From assembly GCA_964533255.1 (NCBI GenBank), contig CAZHKD010000001.1:1-56326 (forward strand): 56,326 nucleotides of DNA, written 5' to 3'. Positions 15,723 to 25,350 of this stretch are shown here, one piece after another (position 1 is the stretch's first letter; each line of letters opens with the position of its first letter). The notes under the pieces were generated by a model, which searched no databases, was not told the origin of the DNA, and worked only from the letters and a program-made list of their open reading frames with translations. The DNA comes from an uncultured archaeon (GTDB taxonomy: Archaea; Halobacteriota; Archaeoglobi; Archaeoglobales; Archaeoglobaceae). The translations under genes and the position numbers were made by a program.

Positions 15723-18024
15723 AGTAATGCCTCCAGAGCTTCTGAAGGGCCTTCAAAAGGGTTCTGAAGGACTTCTCAGCTCTGATTTCATGCCAGGGCT
15801 TTAGCTGAAGACATTTGGCAACGACAACGTACTCCTCGTCCTCATCAAGCTCGATTCTCTCGCTCCTGGAGTAGTGGTACCTAACCAGAGGTCTGGCGAC
15901 GTCGGAAACGTACTCGTAGAGGCTCATTCCTCCGAAGTACTTCTTCATCCTCTTCCTCTCCACCCTACCGAAATCTGGTTTTGACACGTTTGAATCCCTC
16001 AGCAAACTATTCAGGAGCAGCACAGCTGTTTCGGTCTCAAGATCCCTGAGCTCATCGCTCAGGTATTCCACAAGTCTCCTTATGAAATCGGAGCTGAGCT
16101 CCTCAACAATGCTCTCCACATGCATTTTCAGGGGTTTCAGGACTATAACAGTGTGCTCACCCGAAATCTCGTTCCTCTGGGGAGTTATGTGGATGGGCGT
16201 AAAGCCGTTCTTTATCCAGAAGCGAAGGAGCTCAGGTGAGACTCCAAAACCGCTTCCGGCCCAGTCCAGATCGCTTCTCCTGGCGTAATCCACAACGGCA
16301 TTCAGGGCGAAGGTGCCGATTCCCATGTCCATGACCGCAGGATGCGTTGCTATTCTGACGATCCTGATGCCCTTGAGCTTTGGAAAGCCGTAGTTCCAGT
16401 AGTGCTTCAGCACCAGATCAGGAATTATCTGCCCCTTCGGCTTGTAGCCCGAGGCTATTTTTTCGATTACATCCTCATCCATGCCGCCCTCAACGGCGAC
16501 GTGGAGGGAGCAAACCGTCTTGCCATTCACCTTAACGCGGAACGGGAGGTGGTTGGGCATGTCCGAGAGGATGACAAGATCGGAGGGGCGGTTTCTGTAG
16601 TGGGCAAGAACGTATATGCCGAAGAACTCCCTCAAAAGCCCTTCGTCCTCCATGAGCCTGTCCTTATCGATGGCCTCAAACTCCAGATTGCCCTTCTTTA
16701 TGCTCTCCACGTCCTCCTCATTCAGCTCCGCCGGCTGAGCGTCCAGCAGCAGCACGTCGTAAAGCCACCTCTCGATGGGGTCGTCTCTGCCGTACCTTAT
16801 GGGCTCCTCCAGGTGAACCTTCTGAATCTCAACGCTCTCATCCGCCTCAAGCCTCTTCATGAACCTTATGCTGAAGCCCCTGCCTGCCCCCTCGTAGCCG
16901 TGGATTGTGGAGGAGAATATGGTGTACCTAACTCCTTCAGTGATCTCCCACAGCACAGGCACGTCGATGCTGGCAGCCTCGTCGACGATTATTATGTCCG
17001 CATAGTCCTTCTCCACCAGCGCTCTTCTGGGAACCGTGTACTCCACCCTGGCAAACTTGCTGTTAACAACAGTCACCATTCCGTTGCTCTCCTTCACCTT
17101 GAAGTCCCGCATCCCCTGCCTCACCAGCCCCTTCATCAGGAACTTGAAAAAGACCTGAACGCTCTGCGGTGTTGGTGCAACAACCATAATCCTGACAGGC
17201 CTCTTCAGCACCCTCTGCATCCTGGAAATCAGGTATGGCGTAACTATGCCCAGCACCGCCGTCTTGCCCCTTCCCCTGTCCGCCGTTATGACCACAGCCT
17301 TCCTCTCCTTCGCCCTGTCGAAGAATGTCTCGAAGAGCTGGAGAACCCTAACCTGGTCCTGGGTGGCGCATAGCTTGTAGAGCTTCTTCTTTATCTCCCT
17401 CTCCTCAGCAGGGATTTCTATTTCCTCCCTGGACTCTCTCCTTTTGCTGAACTCGTATTTCTTCAGAATCTTTCTCCTGTCTGCGTCGAAAATTATTATG
17501 CCCTCGCTTTCCAGGCTTCGCCTGATGAAGCGCCTGTAGAAGCGGGGGGTGACGTCTTCGATGCTGTAGGGCTCGCTTATCAGCTCCTCGTGCCACTTCC
17601 CAACCAGGTCATTCCAGGTTTGAAGTGGAGGAGAGAGGACGATTATTATTCCTCCCTCCGCAATCGTTTCCACTATTATTCCCAGGTCGTTGGGATGAAA
17701 GCCTTCGGTGAGGTCGAGGATCAGGGATGAGTATGTCTCTCCAAGGACTTTTGGAGATTCCTTGAAGTGCATGAACTTTCCTTCGAACTTATCTCTGGCG
17801 ATCTCAAGAAAAGCGCTCCTGCCGACGATTAGGAGGCTATTTTTATCCGATTCACCCCCATGCTCACTTCTCTCTTGGAGATGTGCGGCATACACCTTTT
17901 TGGCCAGCTTTAGCAGCCTGTCGTTCAGTTCGGAGGAGCAGAGAAAGACTGCGTACCTGTGCCTGTTCTCAGCAGCGTTTCTGCAGGCCCTTCGCACCTC
18001 TTCCAGCAGTGCCTTCACTGTCAT
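15691..18024 (-). CDS. tmcA: tRNA/RNA cytidine N4-acetyltransferase (TmcA / Nat10-Kre33 homologue)
   Basis: 777 aa from ATG 18024. DUF1726-like N-domain, helicase P-loop (ADRGRGKTAVLG), DEAA Walker B (IIIVDEAASI), C-terminal GNAT (RIVRIATHPAVMDMGIG) and tRNA-binding tail. The longer track ORF would run into the divergent GNAT gene. Confidence 0.9.
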   Translation of the reverse strand: MTVKALLEEVRRACRNAAENRHRYAVFLCSSELNDRLLKLAKKVYAAHLQERSEHGGESDKNSLLIVGRSAFLEIARDKFEGKFMHFKESPKVLGETYSSLILDLTEGFHPNDLGIIVETIAEGGIIIVLSPPLQTWNDLVGKWHEELISEPYSIEDVTPRFYRRFIRRSLESEGIIIFDADRRKILKKYEFSKRRESREEIEIPAEEREIKKKLYKLCATQDQVRVLQLFETFFDRAKERKAVVITADRGRGKTAVLGIVTPYLISRMQRVLKRPVRIMVVAPTPQSVQVFFKFLMKGLVRQGMRDFKVKESNGMVTVVNSKFARVEYTVPRRALVEKDYADIIIVDEAASIDVPVLWEITEGVRYTIFSSTIHGYEGAGRGFSIRFMKRLEADESVEIQKVHLEEPIRYGRDDPIERWLYDVLLLDAQPAELNEEDVESIKKGNLEFEAIDKDRLMEDEGLLREFFGIYVLAHYRNRPSDLVILSDMPNHLPFRVKVNGKTVCSLHVAVEGGMDEDVIEKIASGYKPKGQIIPDLVLKHYWNYGFPKLKGIRIVRIATHPAVMDMGIGTFALNAVVDYARRSDLDWAGSGFGVSPELLRFWIKNGFTPIHITPQRNEISGEHTVIVLKPLKMHVESIVEELSSDFIRRLVEYLSDELRDLETETAVLLLNSLLRDSNVSKPDFGRVERKRMKKYFGGMSLYEYVSDVARPLVRYHYSRSERIELDEDEEYVVVAKCLQLKPWHEIRAEKSFRTLLKALQKLWRHYYEGYERGEEN

Positions 18025-18109
18025 CTCTTCCGCTTCTTCGGCATTGAATAAAAGGATTATCACAGAATTATTATTCTGGGTTATCAGGAGTAATGTGTTG
18101 TTAACTCTC

Positions 18110-18128
18110 CCATTACGGCCATTACGGC
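18110..18128. repeat. tandem 9-nt direct repeat (CCATTACGG x2)
   Basis: Read directly: CCATTACGGCCATTACGG, immediately upstream of TTTTTTATATT (18134-18144), in the tmcA / GNAT divergent intergenic region. Confidence 0.6.
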
Positions 18129-18163
18129 AAAAATTTTTTATATTGTCCCAGTAAGCTGGAGGA

Positions 18164-18610
18164 GTGGAGTTTGAAATTCGGGAGATGTCAGATGATGAGG
18201 TGGAGGACGTAATCCACCTTGAATACGACATCCTCGGATACAGCGCCTTCGCCCAGCTCTCCATGACCGACTACAAAAAGAAGGTTCTGGTTGCGGTAAA
18301 TAACGGCGAGATAATCGGCGTGGCGGTTCTCTACTGGAACGACGAGATGTTCTGCCTGGGAAGCGTTGCCGTAAAGGAGGAATGGAGGGGCAAGGGGATT
18401 GGCAAATCGCTGATAAGGAAAGCTGCAGAGATGGCCTCTCAGCTCGGTTACGATTCAGTCATGCTCGAAGTTAACACCGCGAACAGCATTGCGGTGGAGA
18501 TTTACAGAAGGGTTGGATTCAGGATTGCGGAAATAATAAAGCACTACTACGGGATAGGGAAGCACGCCTACCGCATGATGCTGCAGGTTCAGCAGGTCCA
18601 GGGCTCCTAG
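18164..18610 (+). CDS. GNAT-family N-acetyltransferase (RimI-like)
   Basis: 148 aa. VAVKEEWRGKGIGKSLI (acetyl-CoA binding Q/RxxGxG/A) and EVNTANSIAVEIYRRVGF. The start is GTG 18164, or ATG 18185. Confidence 0.85.
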   Translation: MEFEIREMSDDEVEDVIHLEYDILGYSAFAQLSMTDYKKKVLVAVNNGEIIGVAVLYWNDEMFCLGSVAVKEEWRGKGIGKSLIRKAAEMASQLGYDSVMLEVNTANSIAVEIYRRVGFRIAEIIKHYYGIGKHAYRMMLQVQQVQGS

Positions 18611-18651
18611 GCCAGCTCCAGTCCTCTTGGCAATCAGAATCCCAGCAAGCC

Positions 18652-19710
18652 TCAGGAATGGGACTTCTTCTCTTTCAGAGCCCGCTTTAGTGGAGGAGTC
18701 ATCACTGGCTTCTCCCTCAGGATGCCTTCGGGTCTGTAGTACAGGATCAGGAGCATTGCTATGCCGAAGAGGATGTATTCCAGCCACGTAGCCTCGAAGG
18801 GAAGATTTAGCATCGTTTTTATCTCGAATTTGTAAACAGTCAGGAATTGTTTTGCCAGAACGAATGAAAAGACTCCGAGAGCAACGCCTCTGTTGTTGCC
18901 CATGCCGCCAAGCAAAAGCATGAGGAAGGGGAAGAATGTCCACTCGACCCTGTTGAATGTCGTGGCAATGACATTGACGCTGTAGAATGAGTAGAGCGCT
19001 CCTGCAATGGCTGCAACAGCCGATCCAATAGCGACGGTCTTTACTCTGATGGTCATTATGTTCTTGCCAAAGGCCTCCACAACATCCTCGTTTTCCCTCA
19101 TGGCTTTCAGCAATCTGCCGTAAGGGGATGTGAGAAGCCTCTCCACGAAAAGATAAACCAGAATGGCTGTGATAAGAGCAACTACTGTGAAAGCCAGAAA
19201 TCTCAGCTCTCCCGGGAGCCATGCCAGTATGTCGGGCACGCTCACGCCGTAGTAGCCTCCGATGATGGCAGGATTGTAATTTGAGACCATGAATATCACT
19301 TCGCTTATTGCCAGGAGGGTTATGGCAAGATAGTCGTGCCTCAGCTTGGCGCTGGGGAGTATGAAGAGGGCCCCGGTCAATGCCCCAACCAGAGCAGCAA
19401 TAATCAGCGATAGGACAAAAATCGCCAGTCCGAAAAAGGGGTTCTGGGCAATCATGGGGTTCACTACGCTTTTCAGGGCTCCACTGGCTTCGATTATGTC
19501 CCCCTCAACTCCGAAAATTGCTATGAGGATCCTGTTTACTACGCCTCCAGCAGCTATCGCTCCCATCAAAACGGCCAATGCCCTTCCGAAGTTGGGTATT
19601 CCTGCGTAACCGTACTCAATATTCAGGCTCAGGGTTACTATCAGATACAGCGAAGTCCAGAGAATTACATCTAGGATGAAGAACTCCTGCGCCATGTTCT
19701 CTTCCTCCAT
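18652..19710 (-). CDS. livM: branched-chain amino acid ABC transporter permease (LivM type)
   Basis: 352 aa polytopic membrane protein with the LivM-type conserved core (GYAGIPNFG..., SPYGRLLKAMRENEDVVEAFG). The start may be ATG 19695. Confidence 0.9.
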   Translation of the reverse strand: MEEENMAQEFFILDVILWTSLYLIVTLSLNIEYGYAGIPNFGRALAVLMGAIAAGGVVNRILIAIFGVEGDIIEASGALKSVVNPMIAQNPFFGLAIFVLSLIIAALVGALTGALFILPSAKLRHDYLAITLLAISEVIFMVSNYNPAIIGGYYGVSVPDILAWLPGELRFLAFTVVALITAILVYLFVERLLTSPYGRLLKAMRENEDVVEAFGKNIMTIRVKTVAIGSAVAAIAGALYSFYSVNVIATTFNRVEWTFFPFLMLLLGGMGNNRGVALGVFSFVLAKQFLTVYKFEIKTMLNLPFEATWLEYILFGIAMLLILYYRPEGILREKPVMTPPLKRALKEKKSHS

Positions 19711-20594
19711 ATTTCCAATCCCGCAATACCGCTTGGGGCCACCATAAGGGCAATTATCAGGATTACAAGGGAAATAACCTTGCTGTAAACCAGTATTGAA
19801 GGCCCGAATACCTTGGAGAGGTAGAATGTAACCATGGATTCAGACAGGCCGATGATGTATCCGCCAGTCAGCGCCCCGTAGATGCTGCTTATTCCACCCA
19901 CTATGCTTGCAGCAAAAATTGAAACTATGATTATGGCGCCGGTAGCCGGGACTATTTCCTGTCTGAAGGGTAAGAGTGTGCCTGCAACAGCAGCGAGGGA
20001 GCCTGAGAGAAACCAGGAGAAAATTCGAGTGTATTCAACGTTCACGCCCATAATTTCAGCAAGAGCCGGGTTTTCCATGGATGCACGCAAAGCGATGCCG
20101 AATTTGGTTTTGTAGAGAAGCAGAAACAATGAAAGCAGGAGTGCCAGGATCGCGAGACTTGATATTACAAGTATTGCGTCCATGCCCAGAATCTTGAAGT
20201 CCATGGGGGTGAATATGAATTTTCTCGTGCTCTTCCCGGAGAGGACTCCAAGGGTTTCGGAGTATGCACCAAGAACACCCAGAAGAATGAGGTCTACTGC
20301 CAGGGTTGCAATCATCAAAATAACTATCATGGCCTCTTTATGTATCATTGGTCTGAGGACTAAGATGTATATTGCAATGCCCAGAACTCCGCCCAGAATG
20401 AATGAAACGGGGATTGTACCATACGGATGAATTCCGAAGAGTAGCCATAATGTCAGAGAGATGTATGAACCAAAAACTGCCATTGTTCCCTGAGCGAAGT
20501 TGGGTACTCCGGTGGTTATGTAAGTTATGGTCAGCCCTATACTCAGCAGTGCCAAAAGGTTCGAGTACACAAGTGCTCCCTCTATAACGACCAT
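19671..20594 (-). CDS. livH: branched-chain amino acid ABC transporter permease (LivH type)
   Basis: 307 aa. LSIGLTITYITTGVPNFAQG... and ALRASMENPALAEIMGVN are typical of LivH. Confidence 0.9.
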   Translation of the reverse strand: MVVIEGALVYSNLLALLSIGLTITYITTGVPNFAQGTMAVFGSYISLTLWLLFGIHPYGTIPVSFILGGVLGIAIYILVLRPMIHKEAMIVILMIATLAVDLILLGVLGAYSETLGVLSGKSTRKFIFTPMDFKILGMDAILVISSLAILALLLSLFLLLYKTKFGIALRASMENPALAEIMGVNVEYTRIFSWFLSGSLAAVAGTLLPFRQEIVPATGAIIIVSIFAASIVGGISSIYGALTGGYIIGLSESMVTFYLSKVFGPSILVYSKVISLVILIIALMVAPSGIAGLEIWRKRTWRRSSSS

Positions 20595-20615
20595 GGTTGC
20601 GGCGTAACCCTAAAG

Positions 20616-20623
20616 TTTATAAA
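20616..20623. promoter_or_regulatory. single palindromic TATA box shared by divergent livH and binding-protein genes
   Basis: TTTATAAA sits in the centre of a 50-nt intergenic region, about 25-26 nt from both ATG 20594 (minus) and ATG 20645 (plus). Confidence 0.4.
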
Positions 20624-20644
20624 TTTTAATGTAATTTCTAGAGC

Positions 20645-21961
20645 ATGCGATGGTTGAAGATATTTGCCGTAGTGTTCTTGGCGGCGGTTCTCCTCGCTGG
20701 TTGCGCCCAGCAGGAGAAGCCAGTGGAGAAGCCAACACCAACTCCTGCGGAGACGCCCCAACCCACCCCGACAAAGCCAGCAGAGGTGGAGATTCCGCTG
20801 GGTCTGCTGGTGGACCTTTCAGGACCCTTGACGACCTATGGTGAGGATATCAAGACAACTGTAACGATCGCCAGTGAGAGGATTAATGCCTATTTCGAGA
20901 AAAACGGTAAACCATACAGGGTTAAGCTTTACGTTGAGGACACGAGAGTCGATCCGAAAATAGCTCTGGACAAGGTCATGACTCTGCACAGCAAGGGTGT
21001 CAAGCTCATAATCGGCCCGATGGGTAGTGGAGAGGTGAAAAATGTCATTGAGTACGTGAGGTCAAACAAGATAATCCTCGGCTCTCCATCGTCAACGGCA
21101 GCTCCCAAGTATATAGGTGTCACATCTCCTGAAGAGAAGAAGTACGTGTTCAGGTTCGTCGCCACCGACGCTTTCCAGACCAAGGCAATTGCAAAGCTGG
21201 CTGAGGAGCTTGGTGTTAAAGCTGTGGTTATAACTTACCTCGGTAATGCCTGGGGTAAGGGACTTGAGGAGTATGGTAAGGCCGAATTCGAGAAACTCGG
21301 CATCGAGGTAGGGGCCTCTGTTGAATATCCGGACCCGCCCCCGGCAGACTTCACGCCATATATAGCCACAATCGAGGATGCCGTAAAAGACCTGCTCAAA
21401 AAATACAACCCTGAAGAGGTCGCTGTGGTGACGTTCAGCTATGAAGAAGTGGCTACGATGCTCGCACAGATGAAGGACGACTCGGTTCTGTTGACCGTCA
21501 AATGGATTGGCAGTGATGGTACTGCGAAGAGCAACAAGGTCATAGAAGACGTGCCTGAGAAGGCCAGCAAGGTTGGACTTTACAGCACAGTCTCAGAGAC
21601 GAGGGGTGGAGCAGCCTTTGAGGACCTCAAGAAGGTCTATGCCGAAAGGACTGGTGGTAAAGAGCCCAAGAGCTACGGTCTGAACGCTTACGATGCCGCG
21701 TGGGTTTTCGCCCTGTCCTTTGCTGAGGTTTACGACAAGCTCGGCAAGTATGATGCGGACGAAATGGCCAAGACAATTCCGGAAGTTGCCGAGAAGTACA
21801 GCAAGGGCGAGTACGGTGTCGAACCTGTCAGCGGACCCGTTAAGTTTGATGAGTATAACGATAGGGTTGGAACTGAATACAGAATCTACGCAGTCAAGGA
21901 GGGAGCCTGGACTGAAGCTGGAGTATGGAGCTTCGAAACCAACTCGATCAAGTGGACCTGA
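20645..21961 (+). CDS. ABC transporter substrate-binding lipoprotein (LivJ/K, type I periplasmic binding fold)
   Basis: 438 aa. Signal peptide plus lipobox (LLAGCAQQ), a Thr/Pro-rich linker (PTPTPAETPQPTPTKP), then a Leu/Ile/Val-binding-protein-like fold. Confidence 0.9.
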   Translation: MRWLKIFAVVFLAAVLLAGCAQQEKPVEKPTPTPAETPQPTPTKPAEVEIPLGLLVDLSGPLTTYGEDIKTTVTIASERINAYFEKNGKPYRVKLYVEDTRVDPKIALDKVMTLHSKGVKLIIGPMGSGEVKNVIEYVRSNKIILGSPSSTAAPKYIGVTSPEEKKYVFRFVATDAFQTKAIAKLAEELGVKAVVITYLGNAWGKGLEEYGKAEFEKLGIEVGASVEYPDPPPADFTPYIATIEDAVKDLLKKYNPEEVAVVTFSYEEVATMLAQMKDDSVLLTVKWIGSDGTAKSNKVIEDVPEKASKVGLYSTVSETRGGAAFEDLKKVYAERTGGKEPKSYGLNAYDAAWVFALSFAEVYDKLGKYDADEMAKTIPEVAEKYSKGEYGVEPVSGPVKFDEYNDRVGTEYRIYAVKEGAWTEAGVWSFETNSIKWT

Positions 21962-22721
21962 CGCTGAAGTCAACGCGCTTGTAACGGAAGAGATCACCAA
22001 GAACTTCGGTGGGTTGAGAGCCCTGGATGGGGTTAGTGTAGAAGTGCCTAAAGGTGGCATAACGCTGATAATCGGCCCCAACGGCAGCGGAAAGACGACG
22101 CTGATAAATGTGGTGACAGGGTTCATCAAAGCCGATGCTGGCAGAATAACCTTTGAGGGTGTGGACATCACCAATAAAGCACCACATGACAGGTTCAAAC
22201 TGGGTATCGTCAGAACTTTCCAGACGCCTCATCCTCTGAAGAAGCTGACCGTGCTGGAAAACCTGCTGATAGCCGACGCTGGCTACGGCGAGAGAGTCAG
22301 CGAAGCCTTCAGTGGAAAATGGCTCAAAAGGGAAGAAGAGCTGGTGGATAAAGCTTTCAGTATTCTCAATTTTTTGGGCATTGAGCACCTATGGAGCGAC
22401 TGGGCAATGAATCTGAGTGGCGGGCAGCTCAGACTGCTCGAAATTGGCAGAGCACTGATGTGCGATGCAAAGCTCATCATCATGGATGAGCCCATTGCCG
22501 GAGTCGCCCCAGCACTGGCTCACAGCATACTGCGGAAGCTGAAGGACCTGGCAAAAGATGGTATTTCGTTCATGATAGTGGAGCACAGGCTCGACATAAT
22601 TCTCGATTACGTCGACAGAGTGTACGTGATGGCCAACGGCAGGATTGTTGCTGAGGGCAGGGGAAGGGAAATTCTTAATAATCCAGAAGTTATTGAGGTG
22701 TATCTTGGTGCTCAGGGCTGA
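21849..22721 (+). CDS. livG: branched-chain amino acid ABC transporter ATP-binding protein (LivG type); start uncertain
   Basis: Walker [10 protein letters not shown], signature [11 protein letters not shown], Walker B LIIMDEP. Homology begins near 21978, just after the binding-protein stop, but the nearest in-frame start codons are ATG 21849 and TTG 21867. Confidence 0.85.
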   Translation: MSITIGLELNTESTQSRREPGLKLEYGASKPTRSSGPDAEVNALVTEEITKNFGGLRALDGVSVEVPKGGITLIIGPNGSGKTTLINVVTGFIKADAGRITFEGVDITNKAPHDRFKLGIVRTFQTPHPLKKLTVLENLLIADAGYGERVSEAFSGKWLKREEELVDKAFSILNFLGIEHLWSDWAMNLSGGQLRLLEIGRALMCDAKLIIMDEPIAGVAPALAHSILRKLKDLAKDGISFMIVEHRLDIILDYVDRVYVMANGRIVAEGRGREILNNPEVIEVYLGAQG

Positions 22722-23412
22722 GAAGCTGTCGGCTGGATATAAGGAACTGCACATTCTCTTCGAGGTAGATGCAAATGTGGAGAGGAAGAAGATAACCACT
22801 GTAGTTGGCCCTAACGGCAGTGGCAAAAGCACTTTCCTGAAATCAATATTTGGCCTCACCACCATCCACTCGGGGAGGGTGATATACAACGACAGGGACG
22901 TCACAACAACGCCTCCCCACGAGAGGACGAAGATGGGGATCGCATATCTGCCGCAGGTGGACAACGTCTTCACCAATCTCACCGTTGAGGAAAATCTGAA
23001 GATTGCGGGCTACACGCTGGATAACGGTGAATATAAAGACAGGAGAGACCTCGCCCTTGACGTCTTCCCCGAGCTCGAGTACAGGCTGAACCAGAAGGCA
23101 GGAACCCTCAGCGGAGGAGAGAGGCAGTTCCTTGCCATAGCCACCGCCCTCATCAGAAAAGCGGAACTGCTGATGCTGGATGAGCCGACAGCCATGCTTT
23201 CTCCAAAGTTCGCCAACACGATTTTCGACAAGATAATCGAGCTGAAGGACAGACTCGGCCTCACGATACTTCTGGTGGAGCAGAACGTCAAAAAAGCCCT
23301 TGAGATAAGCGATAACGCATACCTCCTCATCAGCGGGAGAGTTGCTTTCGAAGGAAAGGCGGAAGAGCTTCTGGACCACGAGAAGTTTGAACAGCTCTGT
23401 ATTGGGATTTGA
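22708..23412 (+). CDS. livF: branched-chain amino acid ABC transporter ATP-binding protein (LivF type)
   Basis: Start at GTG 22708 (or TTG 22705), preceded by GAGGTG. Walker [10 protein letters not shown], signature [11 protein letters not shown], Walker B LLMLDEP. It overlaps the livG stop by 14 nt. Confidence 0.9.
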   Translation: MLRAEKLSAGYKELHILFEVDANVERKKITTVVGPNGSGKSTFLKSIFGLTTIHSGRVIYNDRDVTTTPPHERTKMGIAYLPQVDNVFTNLTVEENLKIAGYTLDNGEYKDRRDLALDVFPELEYRLNQKAGTLSGGERQFLAIATALIRKAELLMLDEPTAMLSPKFANTIFDKIIELKDRLGLTILLVEQNVKKALEISDNAYLLISGRVAFEGKAEELLDHEKFEQLCIGI

Positions 23413-23445
23413 TTTCTCATTTTTTACTTTCAGATTGTTTTCTGT

Positions 23446-24138
23446 CTACTCACGGGAAATTATCCTTCCGATGTGGGTCAGGATTTTCTTTTCCGCTCTC
23501 CTTATGTTCTTGGAAATTCCGGCCTTTGAGATCCCGAACTCCCTCGCCAGCTTCGTTATGTTTACCTTCCTGGGATCTTCATAAAACCCCTGCTTTATGG
23601 CCGCCTTCAGAATTGATTTCTCTGCAGGTGTGAGCTCGTCGATTGCCCTCATCAGGTCGGCAAGTATTGATGAGTGGCTTATTATTCTGGAGAAGTCCTC
23701 AACGGTAATCCTGTTCTGGTTGCGTATGACGAACTGGTTGTTCTTCTCCAAATCATGCAGAGCCCTCTCAACATCCATCTTTGTGTCAAAACCCACCTGC
23801 CAGAGCTCGCTCCCGTTCCTGACGTGGAACGGCCCGACGATGTAGCCGTGATTTCGCCTTATGGCCCTCATTGCATCGGTATAGTCTATCTCAACCCTGA
23901 CGGAAGCTATGTTTCTCTCTTTAGAAAGAAAATCCAGCTTGTGAAACTTCGGCTGAGATTGCAAGGCATAAATTGCATTCTGAAGCTCATCGGAGTCCTT
24001 TGCCATAATATAGCCACGGATAATGAAGGAATTAGCTCCAAAATCCCAGTATGTACCGAAATACGAGACGTCAAGATCGTCTGAGGTGTTCACAAACGGG
24101 CAGTCGTACTGAAGCATATCAATTGTGAGGACGTACAT
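23446..24138 (-). CDS. HTH_10 (bacterio-opsin-activator-type) transcription regulator
   Basis: From ATG 24138, 230 aa. The C-terminal LTPAEKSILKAAIKQGFYEDPRKVNITKLAREFGISKAGISKNIRRAEKKI is the Bat-type HTH. Confidence 0.7.
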   Translation of the reverse strand: MYVLTIDMLQYDCPFVNTSDDLDVSYFGTYWDFGANSFIIRGYIMAKDSDELQNAIYALQSQPKFHKLDFLSKERNIASVRVEIDYTDAMRAIRRNHGYIVGPFHVRNGSELWQVGFDTKMDVERALHDLEKNNQFVIRNQNRITVEDFSRIISHSSILADLMRAIDELTPAEKSILKAAIKQGFYEDPRKVNITKLAREFGISKAGISKNIRRAEKKILTHIGRIISRE

Positions 24139-24273
24139 GGTAATTTCACTATTTGTTATGATATATATAAGTCTTAGGTGAGGTGTGGGACAACTCGATA
24201 AAACTTCATCGTTCCCGAGCCCGGCCAGAACACGATACGAAAAATACATTAATTTCATCGAATTCTACACCAC

Positions 24274-25350
24274 ATGGAATTGTTCTCACCCTTAGAGCTT
24301 GGCAGCTTTACAGCAGAAAACAGGATCGTAAAGTCGGCCACAGCAGAATCCATGGCGGATGATGACGGTTTTGTGACGGAGGGCTTTGTTCAGTTCTACA
24401 GAAGGCTTGCCGAAGGTAGGGCAGGGGCCGTCATCACGGGACACATGTTTGTCACGGATGACGGAAAAGCCCACAGGAAGATGACCGGCATAAGCAGTGA
24501 CGAGCACATCGGCGGTTTGAAAAGAATGGTTGAGGAAGTGAGAAACGTCAACAGCTCGCAGATTCTTATTGCGCAAATCTCCCATGCGGGAAGGCAGGGG
24601 CTTAACCCTGTGGCCCCATCTCCCGTCCATGATCCGGTCATGAGGGTTACTCCCAGAGAGCTCACGAAAGAGGAGATAGAGCGGATAATTGATGCATTTG
24701 GTGCTGCAGCTCGAAGGGCTCAAAAGGCAGGGTTTGACGCGGTTCAGCTCCACGCAGCCCACGGGTACCTCCTGAGCGAGTTCATATCTCCCCACACAAA
24801 CCGCAGAAAGGACGAGTACGGTAGGGAGAGGGCGAAAATTCTCCTTGACATAAAGGAGAGGATAGACGAAAAAAGCAGAATTCCGGTTCTGGTCAAGATG
24901 AACGCCACCGACTTCATTCCGGGAGGCCTTGAAATCGGTGAAGCGGTGAGAATTGCAAAACTGCTCGAGAAAGCAGGTTTCGAGGCAATAGAGGTGAGCG
25001 GGGGGATGTTTGAGTCTGCACACCACACCGGTTACAACGTCGTGTGCCAGAAGGTCTCGAAGAGCGGCGAGGGATATTTCAGGGAGTTTGCCAGGAAGAT
25101 TAAGGAAGCGGTGAGCATACCGGTTATAGCAGTCGGAGGAATCAGGAGCAAAACCTTTGCGGAATGGCTGATTAAAGAGGGTTACGCTGACATGGTGTCC
25201 ATGGCCAGACCGCTGATAAGGGACCCATTCCTCCCGCTCAGGTGGATGCAGGGTGAAAGTGAGGCGAGTGACTGCAGGTCGTGTAACCTGTGTCTGAGAA
25301 GTGTCTCAGCTAGGGAAGTGGGCTGCCAAAGCGTGCTTGAAGAGTCCTGA
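24274..25350 (+). CDS. NADH:flavin oxidoreductase (Old Yellow Enzyme family)
   Basis: 358 aa. FMN-binding TIM barrel motifs (GFDAVQLHAAHGYLLSEFISPHTNRRKDEYG, VGGIR..., ADMVSMARPLIRDP) and a C-terminal Cys-rich tail (CRSCNLCL...C). Confidence 0.85.
   Translation: MELFSPLELGSFTAENRIVKSATAESMADDDGFVTEGFVQFYRRLAEGRAGAVITGHMFVTDDGKAHRKMTGISSDEHIGGLKRMVEEVRNVNSSQILIAQISHAGRQGLNPVAPSPVHDPVMRVTPRELTKEEIERIIDAFGAAARRAQKAGFDAVQLHAAHGYLLSEFISPHTNRRKDEYGRERAKILLDIKERIDEKSRIPVLVKMNATDFIPGGLEIGEAVRIAKLLEKAGFEAIEVSGGMFESAHHTGYNVVCQKVSKSGEGYFREFARKIKEAVSIPVIAVGGIRSKTFAEWLIKEGYADMVSMARPLIRDPFLPLRWMQGESEASDCRSCNLCLRSVSAREVGCQSVLEES

Noticed and set aside
16342-17373. 343-aa plus-strand ORF antisense to tmcA
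   Set aside because: It lies opposite the helicase/GNAT core of tmcA. The product is proline/leucine/histidine-rich with no motifs.
18025-18264. 80-codon N-terminal extension of the tmcA ORF in the track
   Set aside because: The extension is Ser/Asn-rich, has no homology, and would overlap the divergent GNAT gene and the shared promoter. ATG 18024 starts the conserved N-domain.
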